Below are positions 7,447 to 16,850 of a DNA stretch of 64,000 nucleotides, in pieces. Position 1 is the first letter of the stretch, and each line of letters begins with the position of its first letter. Source of the DNA: a virus. The position numbers and the translations under genes are program-made. The DNA lies in IMG/VR virus record IMGVR_UViG_3300027857_000001, positions 32,001-96,000 of that record; one strand, 5' to 3'. Below the pieces are notes generated by a model. That model was not told where the DNA came from. It ran no database searches and saw only the letters and a list, made by a program, of their open reading frames with translations.

Positions 7447-7715
7447 CGGCTGTCCACTCCTGTCGTTGCGGCGGTCATCTCAAGCAGCTCCAGCCCGTAC
7501 ACCCAGAGCCGCACGTGCGTCGTGAACCCGGCTGAGGCCCGCACCGAATACCCGGCGCACTCCTCGCACTCCATCCGGGTCCGCCTCTGCGGCGACAGCC
7601 CGGTCAGCCAGTCGGCGACGACCAGCCGGGTGGCGGTGGCGTGCCGGCACGTCTCGCAAGTCAGCGGCTGCTCAGGGCCGGCTGCCGCAGGCACGGCCGC
7701 CGGATCGGCACTCAT
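7443..7715 (-). CDS. Hypothetical Cys-containing protein
   Basis: TGATG coupling; two CxxC motifs. Confidence 0.5.
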   Translation of the reverse strand: MSADPAAVPAAAGPEQPLTCETCRHATATRLVVADWLTGLSPQRRTRMECEECAGYSVRASAGFTTHVRLWVYGLELLEMTAATTGVDSR

Positions 7716-8056
7716 CAGGGCCTCACCCCGGCCTCGTCGACGCTCCCGCGCACCCCCATGCGCCCGAGCAGGCCCATGGTCCGCAGCACCCGCAGCACCG
7801 GCTCGGCGGTGCACGCGATGGCGAACTGGCTGCCACGGGCCTCCTGACGTTTCATCGCGCCCACCAGGACGCCGACGCCCACGTTGTCGAGGAACGTGAC
7901 GCCGTCCAGGTCGATGACGAGCGGGGCAATGTTCTCCTCGGTGATGCTCCTGGCCAGTTCGCGAAGCTGCGGGGCGGTGCGGAAGTCCACGGACCCGGCG
8001 ACGGTGATGACCACCAGGTCGTCAGACGTCTCGTGGCTGAGCCTGATCGCGGTCAC
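7715..8056 (-). CDS. STAS-domain anti-anti-sigma factor (BldG/RsbV-like)
   Basis: VVITVAGSVDFRTAPQLR...LVIDLDGVTFLDNVGVGVLVGAMKR...ACTAEPVLRVLRTMGL; GTGA coupling. Confidence 0.85.
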   Translation of the reverse strand: MTAIRLSHETSDDLVVITVAGSVDFRTAPQLRELARSITEENIAPLVIDLDGVTFLDNVGVGVLVGAMKRQEARGSQFAIACTAEPVLRVLRTMGLLGRMGVRGSVDEAGVRP

Positions 8057-8475
8057 TGCCCGGCCTCCAGTTCGCTCATCTTCGCCAGCGCTGACATCGC
8101 GGCTCCGGTGTGGGTGCCCCACGCGATCGCGTCAGCGACCTCCCCGGAAGCCTCTGCCGCATGAAGCGCGGCCTCGGTCTGCTCTGCGCTGAGGGTCAGG
8201 TAGCCCTTCAGCGCCTCCCAGCGGGCCTCTGCGGCACCAGGGAACACCGCGCCGAGCGAGACGGCGAACTCTTCCAGCCATTCCTCGGCGGCCAGCTTGA
8301 GCACCTCTGGGTCCTCGTCCCGCCGGTACCTCTCGCAGAGGACGGGGAACGCCGAGCTGAGCGTCCAGCACCTGGCGTCTCCCCAGATCATGAACATCCG
8401 GTCCAGGGTGCCGGCGTGGCCGCTCCATCCGCCGTACCGGGCCTGCTCCCAGCGGATGCGGGCGGTCCCGGTCAC
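8053..8475 (-). CDS. Hypothetical protein
   Basis: Coupled start/stop. Confidence 0.6.
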   Translation of the reverse strand: MTGTARIRWEQARYGGWSGHAGTLDRMFMIWGDARCWTLSSAFPVLCERYRRDEDPEVLKLAAEEWLEEFAVSLGAVFPGAAEARWEALKGYLTLSAEQTEAALHAAEASGEVADAIAWGTHTGAAMSALAKMSELEAGQ

Positions 8476-8813
8476 GAGAACTCACCCGGCACGAACCGGT
8501 TTCCCTCCGCGTCAAGATGCTCGCCCCGGTTCAGGTCGTTCCGGCCGCCGCGCCGGTCCTCGATCAGCTTGAGCAGGTCCGCCTCCGGTACCTGGCGGCC
8601 GTGCTCGTCGTAGATACCGCCGAGGTCCAGCAGCTTCCGCCAGGACGCGAAGTCGTTCACCGGCTCGGTAACCACATCCGGGCCGTCCCATTCGGGGTTC
8701 GGGTAGGCGCGGAACGTGAAAGCCCAACCGGTGCTGGACTTTCCGAGGTGAACCCAGCGCGAGCACTGCTTCTCGCACGCACCCTCGGGGCGGACGTAAT
8801 AGTTGGTCCCCAT
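8472..8813 (-). CDS. Hypothetical phage protein
   Basis: MGTNYY...HLGKSSTGWAF is a phage-type N-terminus; RBS present. Confidence 0.65.
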   Translation of the reverse strand: MGTNYYVRPEGACEKQCSRWVHLGKSSTGWAFTFRAYPNPEWDGPDVVTEPVNDFASWRKLLDLGGIYDEHGRQVPEADLLKLIEDRRGGRNDLNRGEHLDAEGNRFVPGEFS

Positions 8814-8816
8814 CAG

Positions 8817-9140
8817 TCAGTCCTTCCGTGCGGTGACGATCAGGCGGCTGAAGTACCCGCCCGCCTCCCCGCTGCGCTCAACCGCGTACCCGGCCGCCTC
8901 GATGACCTGCGCGTAACGCTCCTCCATCTCGGCGGAGCGCTGGCGGTCGGCGTCAGCGGAGTGGAACCGACCGTCCTCGTGCCCGACGTGCACACGACCG
9001 CTCTCGTAGCCGCGGACGACGTAGCCCTCACTGTGGTTGCGCCAGCCCTTGACGCCGGTCGCGCTCGACTCGGACCGCTCAAAACCGGCACGCTTCAGCA
9101 GGGCGCTGATGCCCTGCGGGGTGGGGGGCTTGTGGGTCAT
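8817..9140 (-). CDS. Hypothetical protein
   Basis: ATGA coupling. Confidence 0.55.
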   Translation of the reverse strand: MTHKPPTPQGISALLKRAGFERSESSATGVKGWRNHSEGYVVRGYESGRVHVGHEDGRFHSADADRQRSAEMEERYAQVIEAAGYAVERSGEAGGYFSRLIVTARKD

Positions 9141-9316
9141 GACCTTCTCCCGAAGAGGACAGACATGATTGTCAGGCCGATGCCGTAGATCAGCAGGAAG
9201 TAGCCCAGGGTCGGGACCAGGGCGCTCAGGTGGTGCTGGTGGGTGAGCACCGCTGTGCCCCAGAAGGTGCACAGGAAGGCGATGCTGAGCTTGAAAGCCG
9301 CAGTCTTGTCCATCAT
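9137..9316 (-). CDS. Small membrane protein (59 aa, not in the ORF track)
   Basis: MMDKTAAFKLSIAFLCTFWGTAVL...LGYFLLIYGIGLTIMSVLF; two hydrophobic segments; coupled at both ends. Confidence 0.55.
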   Translation of the reverse strand: MMDKTAAFKLSIAFLCTFWGTAVLTHQHHLSALVPTLGYFLLIYGIGLTIMSVLFGRRS

Positions 9317-9699
9317 CAGTCCTCGTAGTCGGTGCGCTCTTGCGCATAAAGATCTTTGGTCTCGCGGTCCGGCACGGCCGGGGAATCAGCGGTCCACCCG
9401 GAAGCGATCAGGTCAGCACGGAGGGCGGCGAGCTCCGGCGGCAGCGGTCGCTCAGCGGATGCCAGCGCGGAACCGTCTGCTGTTGCTCGCCGCGCCTTGG
9501 GCAGCGAGGAGAACAGGCCGCAGTCGGTGCCGGTCGGCAGGTGCTCAACCGTCCACGGGGTTCCGGTGTCCTCGACTCGCGTGAAGGCGTACTCGCCGTC
9601 CTTCGAGACTGCCGCCCAAGCCTCGGTCCGGCCGGTGCGGAACGACGGGTGCTGCTCGGTTATCTCGACCGGGGTGAGGCGGGTCCGGGTACTGGTCAC
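9316..9699 (-). CDS. Hypothetical protein
   Basis: Operon packing. Confidence 0.6.
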   Translation of the reverse strand: MTSTRTRLTPVEITEQHPSFRTGRTEAWAAVSKDGEYAFTRVEDTGTPWTVEHLPTGTDCGLFSSLPKARRATADGSALASAERPLPPELAALRADLIASGWTADSPAVPDRETKDLYAQERTDYED

Positions 9700-10265
9700 C
9701 GGCCAGTCCCCTCCCTGTTCGGCATCGCCACGCCGAGGACCGCGGTTACGATCTGGTCCAGCGCACGCGGGATCGTGCCGGAGAAGCCGTTCCCGGCCCC
9801 CGGGAACGCGATGCTGCGGCGGACGTCATCCTCGCCCCACCGCTGGACTGCGGCGTAGGTGATCCCGGCGCGGTCAACCGCGTAGATCGAGCGGATCTCC
9901 CTCGCGTCAGGGCGCTGCTCGATGCGGTGCGCCATGGAGTCGGCCAGAGCCTCGCTCCGCCGCGCCGTACCGGGCTTGCCGCCGTCGATCTCCCACGCCT
10001 CGCAGCGGAACGCGGCACCGTGGAGCCCTTCCGGCGCAACACTGGACAGCAGCGAGGACTGACTCGTGCTGATCGCGGCGAACCGCGCGAGCACGGCCGG
10101 CGGCCGGTCCGCCGACCACATCTCGTCGGGCAGCGGAAGGGCGGAGATCCGGGGCTTGCCGCCCTCCACGTACAGGAAGCACAGGGCGGGGGCCTCGTCC
10201 CACTCGCGCCGGGCGAGCAGCTCGGCTGCGAGGGTGTCCGCGATCAGGTGGTGCAGTCGTCCCAT
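9696..10265 (-). CDS. Hypothetical protein
   Basis: RBS, operon packing. Confidence 0.6.
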   Translation of the reverse strand: MGRLHHLIADTLAAELLARREWDEAPALCFLYVEGGKPRISALPLPDEMWSADRPPAVLARFAAISTSQSSLLSSVAPEGLHGAAFRCEAWEIDGGKPGTARRSEALADSMAHRIEQRPDAREIRSIYAVDRAGITYAAVQRWGEDDVRRSIAFPGAGNGFSGTIPRALDQIVTAVLGVAMPNREGTGR

Positions 10266-10268
10266 CAG

Positions 10269-10457
10269 TCAGTCCTCCCCGTCCGGGCCTTCAGCGATGT
10301 ACTCCTCAAGCGCGCAGGCGAAGGTCTCGACGCGCTCATCAGTCACAAGCACTGCGGCGCTGGCGTGCTTCACCAGGAACTCGCGGACTTCGGTCCGGTC
10401 CACTTTCGGGGCGATTGCCGCGAAGATGATGTCGGCGGGGGTCTTCTTGGCAGTCAC
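10269..10457 (-). CDS. Hypothetical protein
   Basis: Operon packing. Confidence 0.5.
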   Translation of the reverse strand: MTAKKTPADIIFAAIAPKVDRTEVREFLVKHASAAVLVTDERVETFACALEEYIAEGPDGED

Positions 10458-10460
10458 CGA

Positions 10461-10634
10461 TCAGCCCTCCTGTCCCTGGTACCACGCCTCGGCGGCGACC
10501 TCGCGGTCTGCTTCCGCGCAGCAGGCGTCGTCTTCCGCGTCCGTGAGGACATCACCGTCCGTCTTGCCGAACAGGCGCTCAGCGGCGTTCTGGTGGGCGG
10601 ACGTCCAGCGGTCGTCCTCGGCTGCACTAGTCAT
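10461..10634 (-). CDS. Small acidic hypothetical protein
   Basis: First gene after the divergent promoter at 10635-10690. Confidence 0.5.
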   Translation of the reverse strand: MTSAAEDDRWTSAHQNAAERLFGKTDGDVLTDAEDDACCAEADREVAAEAWYQGQEG

Positions 10635-10677
10635 GTGACTAGTATTGCGCGGACATTGCCCTCTAGTCAAGTGCCTA
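10626..10677. promoter_or_regulatory. Two operator-like palindromes in a divergent promoter
   Basis: ACTAGTCA-TG-TGACTAGT (10626-10643, perfect) and the related CTAGTCAAGTGCCTAG (10663-10678). Confidence 0.6.
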
Positions 10678-10691
10678 GTAGCATCGAGACT

Positions 10692-10901
10692 ATGGTTCTT
10701 GCCGTGCACCATCTCGTCGGCTCCCAGGAGATTGGGGCAATGCTCGGTGTCGGCCGCCAGCGGGTACAGCAGCTCATCAAGCGCCACGACTTTCCTGTAC
10801 CCGAGGTAACGCTCGCGATGGGGAAGGTCTGGAAGCGCGCCGACGTGGAAGAGTGGGCACGGGGGCGCGGTCGCCTCATTGCTGACGAAGCTCCCGCGTA
10901 G
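10692..10901 (+). CDS. AlpA/excisionase-like small HTH protein
   Basis: HLVGSQEIGAMLGVGRQRVQQL...DFPVP...GKVWKRADVEEWA. Confidence 0.75.
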   Translation: MVLAVHHLVGSQEIGAMLGVGRQRVQQLIKRHDFPVPEVTLAMGKVWKRADVEEWARGRGRLIADEAPA

Positions 10902-10906
10902 CCCGC

Positions 10907-11458
10907 TCACGCCGCCCCATCCCAGAGCGTCAGCGGCATCTCCCGGCAGGCAGCCTGCGCCGGCCGGGAAACCGACGTCCACGGCCTGGCCGACGGGTTC
11001 AGCACCCGCTCCCACAGGTACCGGGTAACTCCGCCGGTCCCGTGGTCCTCGCGGTACCGCCGCGACGACTCGAAGTGGTCAGTCCGCGGCCTGCGCTCGG
11101 CGATGAGCACGAAGCCGGCGGCCCGCAGGCTGGCCCTCGACTCGCCTTCCTGCGTGTACGTGATGATCCGGCCCCACCCGAGCGCCTTCGCGGCCCGGGC
11201 GGCGGCACCGTAGAGCATGGAGCAGGCATTATCGGTGCCGTCCGTCGTGCAGCGGGTCACCTCCAGCGTCACGCCGTCCTGGTTGCCCGGGCCGCTCGGC
11301 CTGCCGCTGATCGCCACGCCTAGCAGGACATCCGCGTCGTCCGCCACGCCGACACTGAACTTGTGGCTGGCCGGGAGGACGTGGCCGTGGTGCCGGTGCC
11401 ACATCGCGGTGAACGCTTTCGCGTCGTCGCGGGAGACGGTGACGATGCGGAGGGTCAC
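10907..11458 (-). CDS. XF1762-like protein
   Basis: AFTAMWHRHH..KFSVGV..GVAISGRP..TLEVTR..TDGTDNACSMLYGAAARAAKALG..RIITYT..ESRASLRAAGF. Confidence 0.75.
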   Translation of the reverse strand: MTLRIVTVSRDDAKAFTAMWHRHHGHVLPASHKFSVGVADDADVLLGVAISGRPSGPGNQDGVTLEVTRCTTDGTDNACSMLYGAAARAAKALGWGRIITYTQEGESRASLRAAGFVLIAERRPRTDHFESSRRYREDHGTGGVTRYLWERVLNPSARPWTSVSRPAQAACREMPLTLWDGAA

Positions 11459-12297
11459 GCCGTCTCCAGCCCGTCGAACAGGCTGCCCTGCGCGAACGGG
11501 CGGTTCGACCACAGAACCTCGGTTCGCCGCGCGGTCCCGTCGTGCGAGTTGCCGGTGAACGCCGGGAACTCGACCCGGTGCCAGCCATCGTAGGCCGATG
11601 AGTACAGCGGCGAGTCGTAGCCCGACAGGACGACTGCCGCCCGGGCCGCCAGCAGCGCCTCGGCAAGCTCTGCGTGCTCAGCCTCGGTGCGCATCTCGTG
11701 CTGGTACGACGGGCCGCGGCCGGCCGACGAGCGGGTCTCCTCCAGATACGGAGGATCGGCGTAAATCAGGACGTTCTCGTGGCGGCCGTAGCGGCTGATG
11801 ACCTCCAGCGCGGGCAGGCATTCCAGCGAGACACCCGCGAGCCTTGCCGCAGCGGGAGCGATCCGCCCGGCGTAGGCCGCGAGATAGTCCGGCATCGTGG
11901 TCCGCGAGCCGCGCGCATCCTGGTAGTGCCTCCAGCCGGTGAGGTGGTGCAGCTGCCCGCTCCGGCCCTGGGTGAGCCGTATCCACACGCGGCGGGCCCG
12001 CTCCAGCTCGTCCGTGCCTTCCGCGATCCGGATGGCGTCAGCGTGCTCTGCCCGCGAGTGCGGAGTCAGGAAGCATGCGCGCTCAAGGTCGTCCGGGCGT
12101 TCCCGCAGCGTACGCCAGAACGCCACGAGATCGCCGTCGAGGTCACTGACCGTCTCCATCATCGACTGCGGCTTGGCCAGCAGGACCGCCAGGCTTCCCG
12201 CGAACGGCTCGACGTAATGCTCGTGCTGCGGCAGCAGCGAGGCGATCTCGGCGGCAATCCGCGTCTTGCCGCCGAAATACGTAAAGGGGGGCTTCAC
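11455..12297 (-). CDS. dam: Dam-like DNA adenine methyltransferase (orphan)
   Basis: YFGGKT, YVEPFAGS and IYADPPY motifs. Confidence 0.9.
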   Translation of the reverse strand: MKPPFTYFGGKTRIAAEIASLLPQHEHYVEPFAGSLAVLLAKPQSMMETVSDLDGDLVAFWRTLRERPDDLERACFLTPHSRAEHADAIRIAEGTDELERARRVWIRLTQGRSGQLHHLTGWRHYQDARGSRTTMPDYLAAYAGRIAPAAARLAGVSLECLPALEVISRYGRHENVLIYADPPYLEETRSSAGRGPSYQHEMRTEAEHAELAEALLAARAAVVLSGYDSPLYSSAYDGWHRVEFPAFTGNSHDGTARRTEVLWSNRPFAQGSLFDGLETA

Positions 12298-12299
12298 GG

Positions 12300-12551
12300 C
12301 TAGAACAGCTCCTCAAGCGCCTTGGCAGCGCCGCACTCCTGGCAGCAGTAGCCGCCTTCGCCGTCGGCGCGGATCTTGTCCCCGAGAGCGATCCGGCCGC
12401 CGCAGCCGGAGCAGGAACCCGGATAGCCGGCCCGGAACCACGGCGAGCCGGGCATGACCGGGTGGTGCTCCCCGGCGCGTGCCCGTTCCTCGGCACCAGT
12501 GCAGTGGCCGCACATCTCCGGGGGAAGATCCGACATCTCGCAGCGGATCAT
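12300..12551 (-). CDS. Small Cys-rich protein
   Basis: Three CxxC motifs; coupling. Confidence 0.55.
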   Translation of the reverse strand: MIRCEMSDLPPEMCGHCTGAEERARAGEHHPVMPGSPWFRAGYPGSCSGCGGRIALGDKIRADGEGGYCCQECGAAKALEELF

Positions 12552-13078
12552 CAGAACGGTGCTCCCTTGTCAATGAGGGCCGGGACGCTGGGCACTCTGG
12601 CCAGCCGCCTGGCGGCCGATGTGAGCGAGCACCGCACGTCCCCGCGGATCCGCTCGCGCTCCTCATCGGCGAGCGGGGTCCAGCCGCGCAGGTCGTACAT
12701 CAGCTTCTGCATCAGCCGGACGGGAGGGCGCCACACGACGCGGCCGTTCACGACGATGGCGCACGAGTGCACCCACTCGTCGCGGACTGCCTCCAGGAAC
12801 GTGCACTCCGCGACAGGGGCGTCGGTGCTCCAGGATGCATCCGGCCGGTGCTCCTCTGCGGTCCAGAAGAACGCCGCGAACCCCTCATAGGTGCTCCAGC
12901 ACGACGGGTGGTTGATCCTGCCGTTCGTCAGCCGGCTGTAAGTCATCAGGCGCAATCCGCCGGCCGGGCCGAGCGCCTCAGCCGCTCCCGGCACGACGGC
13001 CAGGAGGTCAGCGTCGAAGGTGTCGCACCACATGCCGGAAGGCTGCCCCGGCGCCGTCTCGGGCTGCCCGGCGATCAC
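12551..13078 (-). CDS. Hypothetical protein
   Basis: Coupled start/stop. Confidence 0.55.
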   Translation of the reverse strand: MIAGQPETAPGQPSGMWCDTFDADLLAVVPGAAEALGPAGGLRLMTYSRLTNGRINHPSCWSTYEGFAAFFWTAEEHRPDASWSTDAPVAECTFLEAVRDEWVHSCAIVVNGRVVWRPPVRLMQKLMYDLRGWTPLADEERERIRGDVRCSLTSAARRLARVPSVPALIDKGAPF

Positions 13079-13431
13079 GACGGCTCCACGATGTCGAGCA
13101 GCCGCTTCAGCGCATCATTCTCGCCGTCGCTGAGCGGCCGGAACCCGGCCAGGACGGTCTCCAGCTCCGCACGGGGCACCGTGACCATGCCCTCCGCAGC
13201 CCGGCAGCGAGAAGCGGCCGGCACACCGTGGCCTGCGAGGAGCGCATCCGCTGTCGTCAGGTACAGCGCGGCGAACGCGGCCAGCTCCTCGGCGGACACC
13301 CGCCTGTTGCCGCGCTCTATCTCGCTGACCGCTGACCGGCGTATCCCGAGGCGGGCCGCTGCCTGCTCCTGCGAGATGCCGAGGCCGACCCGGAGGTCAC
13401 GGAGGGTTGCGGCAAGATCAGCGGCGGTCAT
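13075..13431 (-). CDS. XRE-family HTH protein
   Basis: LRDLRVGLGISQEQAAARLGIRRSAVSEIERGNRRVSAEEL. Confidence 0.8.
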   Translation of the reverse strand: MTAADLAATLRDLRVGLGISQEQAAARLGIRRSAVSEIERGNRRVSAEELAAFAALYLTTADALLAGHGVPAASRCRAAEGMVTVPRAELETVLAGFRPLSDGENDALKRLLDIVEPS

Positions 13432-13642
13432 GAGACGCTCCCGTCCTGCGCGCTGGCCAGCCTGCGGTGGAACGTGACGGCCGGGCACGCGCCGGAGCGG
13501 TACTTCAGTGTCATCCTGGACGTCCCGTCCTTCTTGTACACCGCTGGCACCCACGTGCATGTACAGGCGTGGTGGATCTCGGGTACCGAGAGGAGGACCG
13601 CCGGGCCGGAGAAGGGTCCGTTCTGCTCGCGGCGCTGGAAGG

Positions 13643-14077
13643 TCATGACACCCTCCTGGCATCCATCAGCGCGCGGACCAGGAGCAGGTACCCGAGCAGT
13701 CCCTGGTGCACCGACCACACGACGTGGCGCTGGCTCTCGTCGCCGCCCTCGTGCTCAGCGAGCCAGGCAGAGCAGGACACGGACGCCGCGAGCAGCTCGC
13801 CATGGATACCATCAACGGAGGCTCTGGTGCTGTTGTCCCGCCGCCCTGCCACCTCGTCTTTCAGCCGGGTGATCTCCGCGACCCACTCCTCAAGCCGGTG
13901 GGTGCCGAAGTGGTCCGACAGCTCCCGCTCGATCTTCTCTGCGTGCCCCTGCGCCGATACGAGGGTCATCATGCCCACGCCGAACACGTCCGCCAGCGCC
14001 GAAGCCCGCACAGTCGGCGCATCGGCGGCAAGGGTCCACGGGCAGGCGGCGATCGGGCATTCGATGATGGTCGTCAT
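13643..14077 (-). CDS. Hypothetical protein
   Basis: ATGA coupling. Confidence 0.5.
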   Translation of the reverse strand: MTTIIECPIAACPWTLAADAPTVRASALADVFGVGMMTLVSAQGHAEKIERELSDHFGTHRLEEWVAEITRLKDEVAGRRDNSTRASVDGIHGELLAASVSCSAWLAEHEGGDESQRHVVWSVHQGLLGYLLLVRALMDARRVS

Positions 14078-14748
14078 GCCGCCGCACTTTCCGCCAGCAG
14101 GCCGTCGATCCACTCCATGAACGCCGTCCAGCGCTCCTCGGGGGTCTTGAGCTCATAGGTCTCGTCGTTGCGGTAGGCCAGCTGCCAGGCCAGCGTGTAC
14201 GCGATGCCTGCTTCCTTCTCGGCAAGGCCGGCGGTTTCCGCGAGCGGGTCGCCGCCGTCCTCGCCGTCGATCAGGATGGGCAGCGAGGCGAACGCCTCGT
14301 CGGGGTCCATGCCGTCGCGGACCTTCCGGTACCAGAGCAGGGCACCGTTGACGCACACCCCGCAGCCCTGCTCGGCTTGCTTCCCGGCCAGCGCCTCCCG
14401 CTCGGCCTGCCGCTCGTAGCGGAGATTCCGCGCGCGTTCCTCCAGGTAGCCGTCCAGATCGCGGGGTGTCCAGCCGGAGGACCGGATGTACTCGCGGCTC
14501 TCATCCGCGTCCCGCTCGACGTCGGCGTCGGTGATCTCCGGCAGGCGAACGTCGACCGTGCCGACGGTGCACATCGCCCCAGAGATCAGGCGGCGCTCAG
14601 GCAGCGCCAGGAGCGCCTCGCGGATCTCGGCGAGGGCCTTGCGGCCTCGCTTGCTCCTGAGCACCTGCCGGGCGTTGTGCGCCCACCTGCCGTAGGCGAG
14701 GACCGCCTCCGGGTCGTCGTCGTAGTCGCCGTCCCGGTAGCGGCTCAT
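14074..14748 (-). CDS. Hypothetical phage protein
   Basis: Coupling, codon bias. Confidence 0.65.
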   Translation of the reverse strand: MSRYRDGDYDDDPEAVLAYGRWAHNARQVLRSKRGRKALAEIREALLALPERRLISGAMCTVGTVDVRLPEITDADVERDADESREYIRSSGWTPRDLDGYLEERARNLRYERQAEREALAGKQAEQGCGVCVNGALLWYRKVRDGMDPDEAFASLPILIDGEDGGDPLAETAGLAEKEAGIAYTLAWQLAYRNDETYELKTPEERWTAFMEWIDGLLAESAAA

Positions 14749-15293
14749 CGCTTCGGTCCTCCCGTCTCGCGGTCACGGCGGATCGCCGCGAGAAGCTCCG
14801 CGCGGTGCTCCGGGCTGTACGCCCGCTTCTCCATCGCCGCTGTCAGCTCCTCCGCGGTGAAGATCTCAGCTGTCACCTCGGCTTCCCCGGCCTGGCGCAG
14901 CGTCCGCGCTGCGTCGTTCAGCCGCTCGATCTCGTCCTGGTCGATGCCGAGGTCCGCCAGGTGCCCGGCGAGCAGCTCTCCCGCTAGCCCGTCCGCCGTC
15001 AGTGCTTCCCCGATCTCGCGGGCGGCCAGCGCGGCGACGTACGGGACCGCCGCCATCCTCGCCAGGAGCGTGACGATCGTGAACCCGGACCGGAACTGGT
15101 CCAGGGCGGCCAGGTTCGCGGGGAAGTCCTCGTACATCCATGCCTGCCACGCGGACTCGGCCTGTACCGCGAAGTGCCGTGCGAGGGAACGGGCAGGGTG
15201 CGGGTCGTCAGCAGCAGGCCACGGGGCGATCCCGTCCATGCGGGCGCGGATCTGGGCCGCTGTCATCGGGACGGCGTCGGGGGTTGCAGTCAT
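14745..15293 (-). CDS. Hypothetical protein
   Basis: Coupling. Confidence 0.6.
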   Translation of the reverse strand: MTATPDAVPMTAAQIRARMDGIAPWPAADDPHPARSLARHFAVQAESAWQAWMYEDFPANLAALDQFRSGFTIVTLLARMAAVPYVAALAAREIGEALTADGLAGELLAGHLADLGIDQDEIERLNDAARTLRQAGEAEVTAEIFTAEELTAAMEKRAYSPEHRAELLAAIRRDRETGGPKR

Positions 15294-15565
15294 GGCGTGG
15301 TCTCCTTGCTCAGCAGGGCCATAGCGGCATCGACGTCAAGCGCGCCGGCCTTCCACGCTTCGTCAGCGGGCAGGCCGAGACGCTCCAGAAACACCCGGAG
15401 CTTCGTCTCGCCGCTGTAGAGGTCACGGAGCTTTTCGTCGGCGAGCGTCTGCAACTCGCCTACCAGCCGCTGCTGGACGGCGAGGTCGGCGATCAGCTGG
15501 CGTGCTGCCAGCCTTGTCGCGCGAGCCAGCGGGTCCGGGGTCGTGGTCTCTCCGGTGGGGGTCAT
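15290..15565 (-). CDS. Hypothetical protein
   Basis: Coupling. Confidence 0.55.
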   Translation of the reverse strand: MTPTGETTTPDPLARATRLAARQLIADLAVQQRLVGELQTLADEKLRDLYSGETKLRVFLERLGLPADEAWKAGALDVDAAMALLSKETTP

Positions 15566-16491
15566 GGCCTCGCAACCTCTCCTGGTGTGGCGTCAGCCGC
15601 TTCCGGCTCTGGCTGCGGAACTACATCGGCGTTCAGGTCGCTGCCGTCGCCGTTCGTGAGGATCCCGGCCGCGACGGAGGTCAGCCGGCTCGCGACCGCG
15701 TTCCCGAACTCCCGCTGCGCCACGCCGAGCACCGCCGCCAGGGTGTACGCGTAGTTCCCGGCCATGAGGCCGGTGAGGTAGGCATCACGCTGGACCTGCG
15801 GCGCATTCTCGTCGTAACGGGCGATGCGGTGCGTGTCCTTGATCAGGCGCCACTGCTGCACCACCTCGACCAGTTCGCGGCGCAGGTCGTCCACCGTCTC
15901 GTAGTACTCCGAGACGCGTTGCGCCGTGACCTCCGGGGCGCCTGGCGTGTTTTCTCCGGTGGCGGCGGTCACTGGCCGGGCCGTCGCGACTGCGGCGGCG
16001 ATCCCGCCTACGCCGCCAGCCTCAGCGAGCCGGGCGGTCATGTCCGCCAGCCGCTCGTACTTGACCTCGGTCGTATGGCCGTCCCACGTCGGCTCTGCGG
16101 TGGCCGGGACATGCGCGAACAGGCCGAGGTCGGCCCTGGCGACGTGCCATGAGAGCTGGCCGGCCGGCGTATCGACGAACACGATGGGCCAGTCCGGTTC
16201 CGCGTCGTCGGTGAGCATGACTGATGGATAGCAGGCGGCGAGGAACGCGACGAGGCGGGCACGCTCGGTGTAGACCGCGCGGAGCTGCTCGCGGATTCCG
16301 GCCAGCTCGGGCACTACAGCCTCAGTGATGACGCTGGCGGCGTCCACCGGGTCACGGCCGTTCGCCTTGATGTAGGACGAAATGGCGGCCCTGGCGGCGT
16401 CTTCCCAGAGGGACCATCGTATTGATCCCTGGTTGGCCCAGATCTCGCCGTACGCCTCGCAGGCGGCACGGCCTGGTGAAGTCCCGGTCAT
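15562..16491 (-). CDS. WDGH-motif phage protein
   Basis: YTERARLVAFLA...TPAGQLSWH...WDGHTTEVKYERL. Confidence 0.6.
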   Translation of the reverse strand: MTGTSPGRAACEAYGEIWANQGSIRWSLWEDAARAAISSYIKANGRDPVDAASVITEAVVPELAGIREQLRAVYTERARLVAFLAACYPSVMLTDDAEPDWPIVFVDTPAGQLSWHVARADLGLFAHVPATAEPTWDGHTTEVKYERLADMTARLAEAGGVGGIAAAVATARPVTAATGENTPGAPEVTAQRVSEYYETVDDLRRELVEVVQQWRLIKDTHRIARYDENAPQVQRDAYLTGLMAGNYAYTLAAVLGVAQREFGNAVASRLTSVAAGILTNGDGSDLNADVVPQPEPEAADATPGEVARP

Positions 16492-16847
16492 GACTGGTCG
16501 TCCCATTCCTGCACCAGGCCCTTGAGCGTGTCGGCCAGCTTCCGGCCGTCGCTGGACCGCAGCCGCAGCGCGAAGACGGGGCACACCTGCGCGCTCGTGT
16601 CCTTGCCGGCGAATACGAGCGCAGTCAGCAGCGTCCCGGTCGGCATTCCGGGGTCGCGGCCGGCAGCGACGGCAGATGCGGCTCGCTGGTCGTCCACCCG
16701 CCCGGCCTCGGCTATGCGCTGGTCGATATCGGCCTGAGTCAGCGCCGGGGGCGAGAAGCAGTTGCGGTCCCACGGGCAGGTCGCGCACAGCATCGCCGGG
16801 TCGGTGCCCGCCTTAAGCGCGTCCTGCACGGTCCTGTAGTCGGTCAT
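16488..16847 (-). CDS. Hypothetical Cys-containing protein
   Basis: CATCPWDRNC; coupling. Confidence 0.6.
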   Translation of the reverse strand: MTDYRTVQDALKAGTDPAMLCATCPWDRNCFSPPALTQADIDQRIAEAGRVDDQRAASAVAAGRDPGMPTGTLLTALVFAGKDTSAQVCPVFALRLRSSDGRKLADTLKGLVQEWDDQS

Positions 16848-16850
16848 CGG

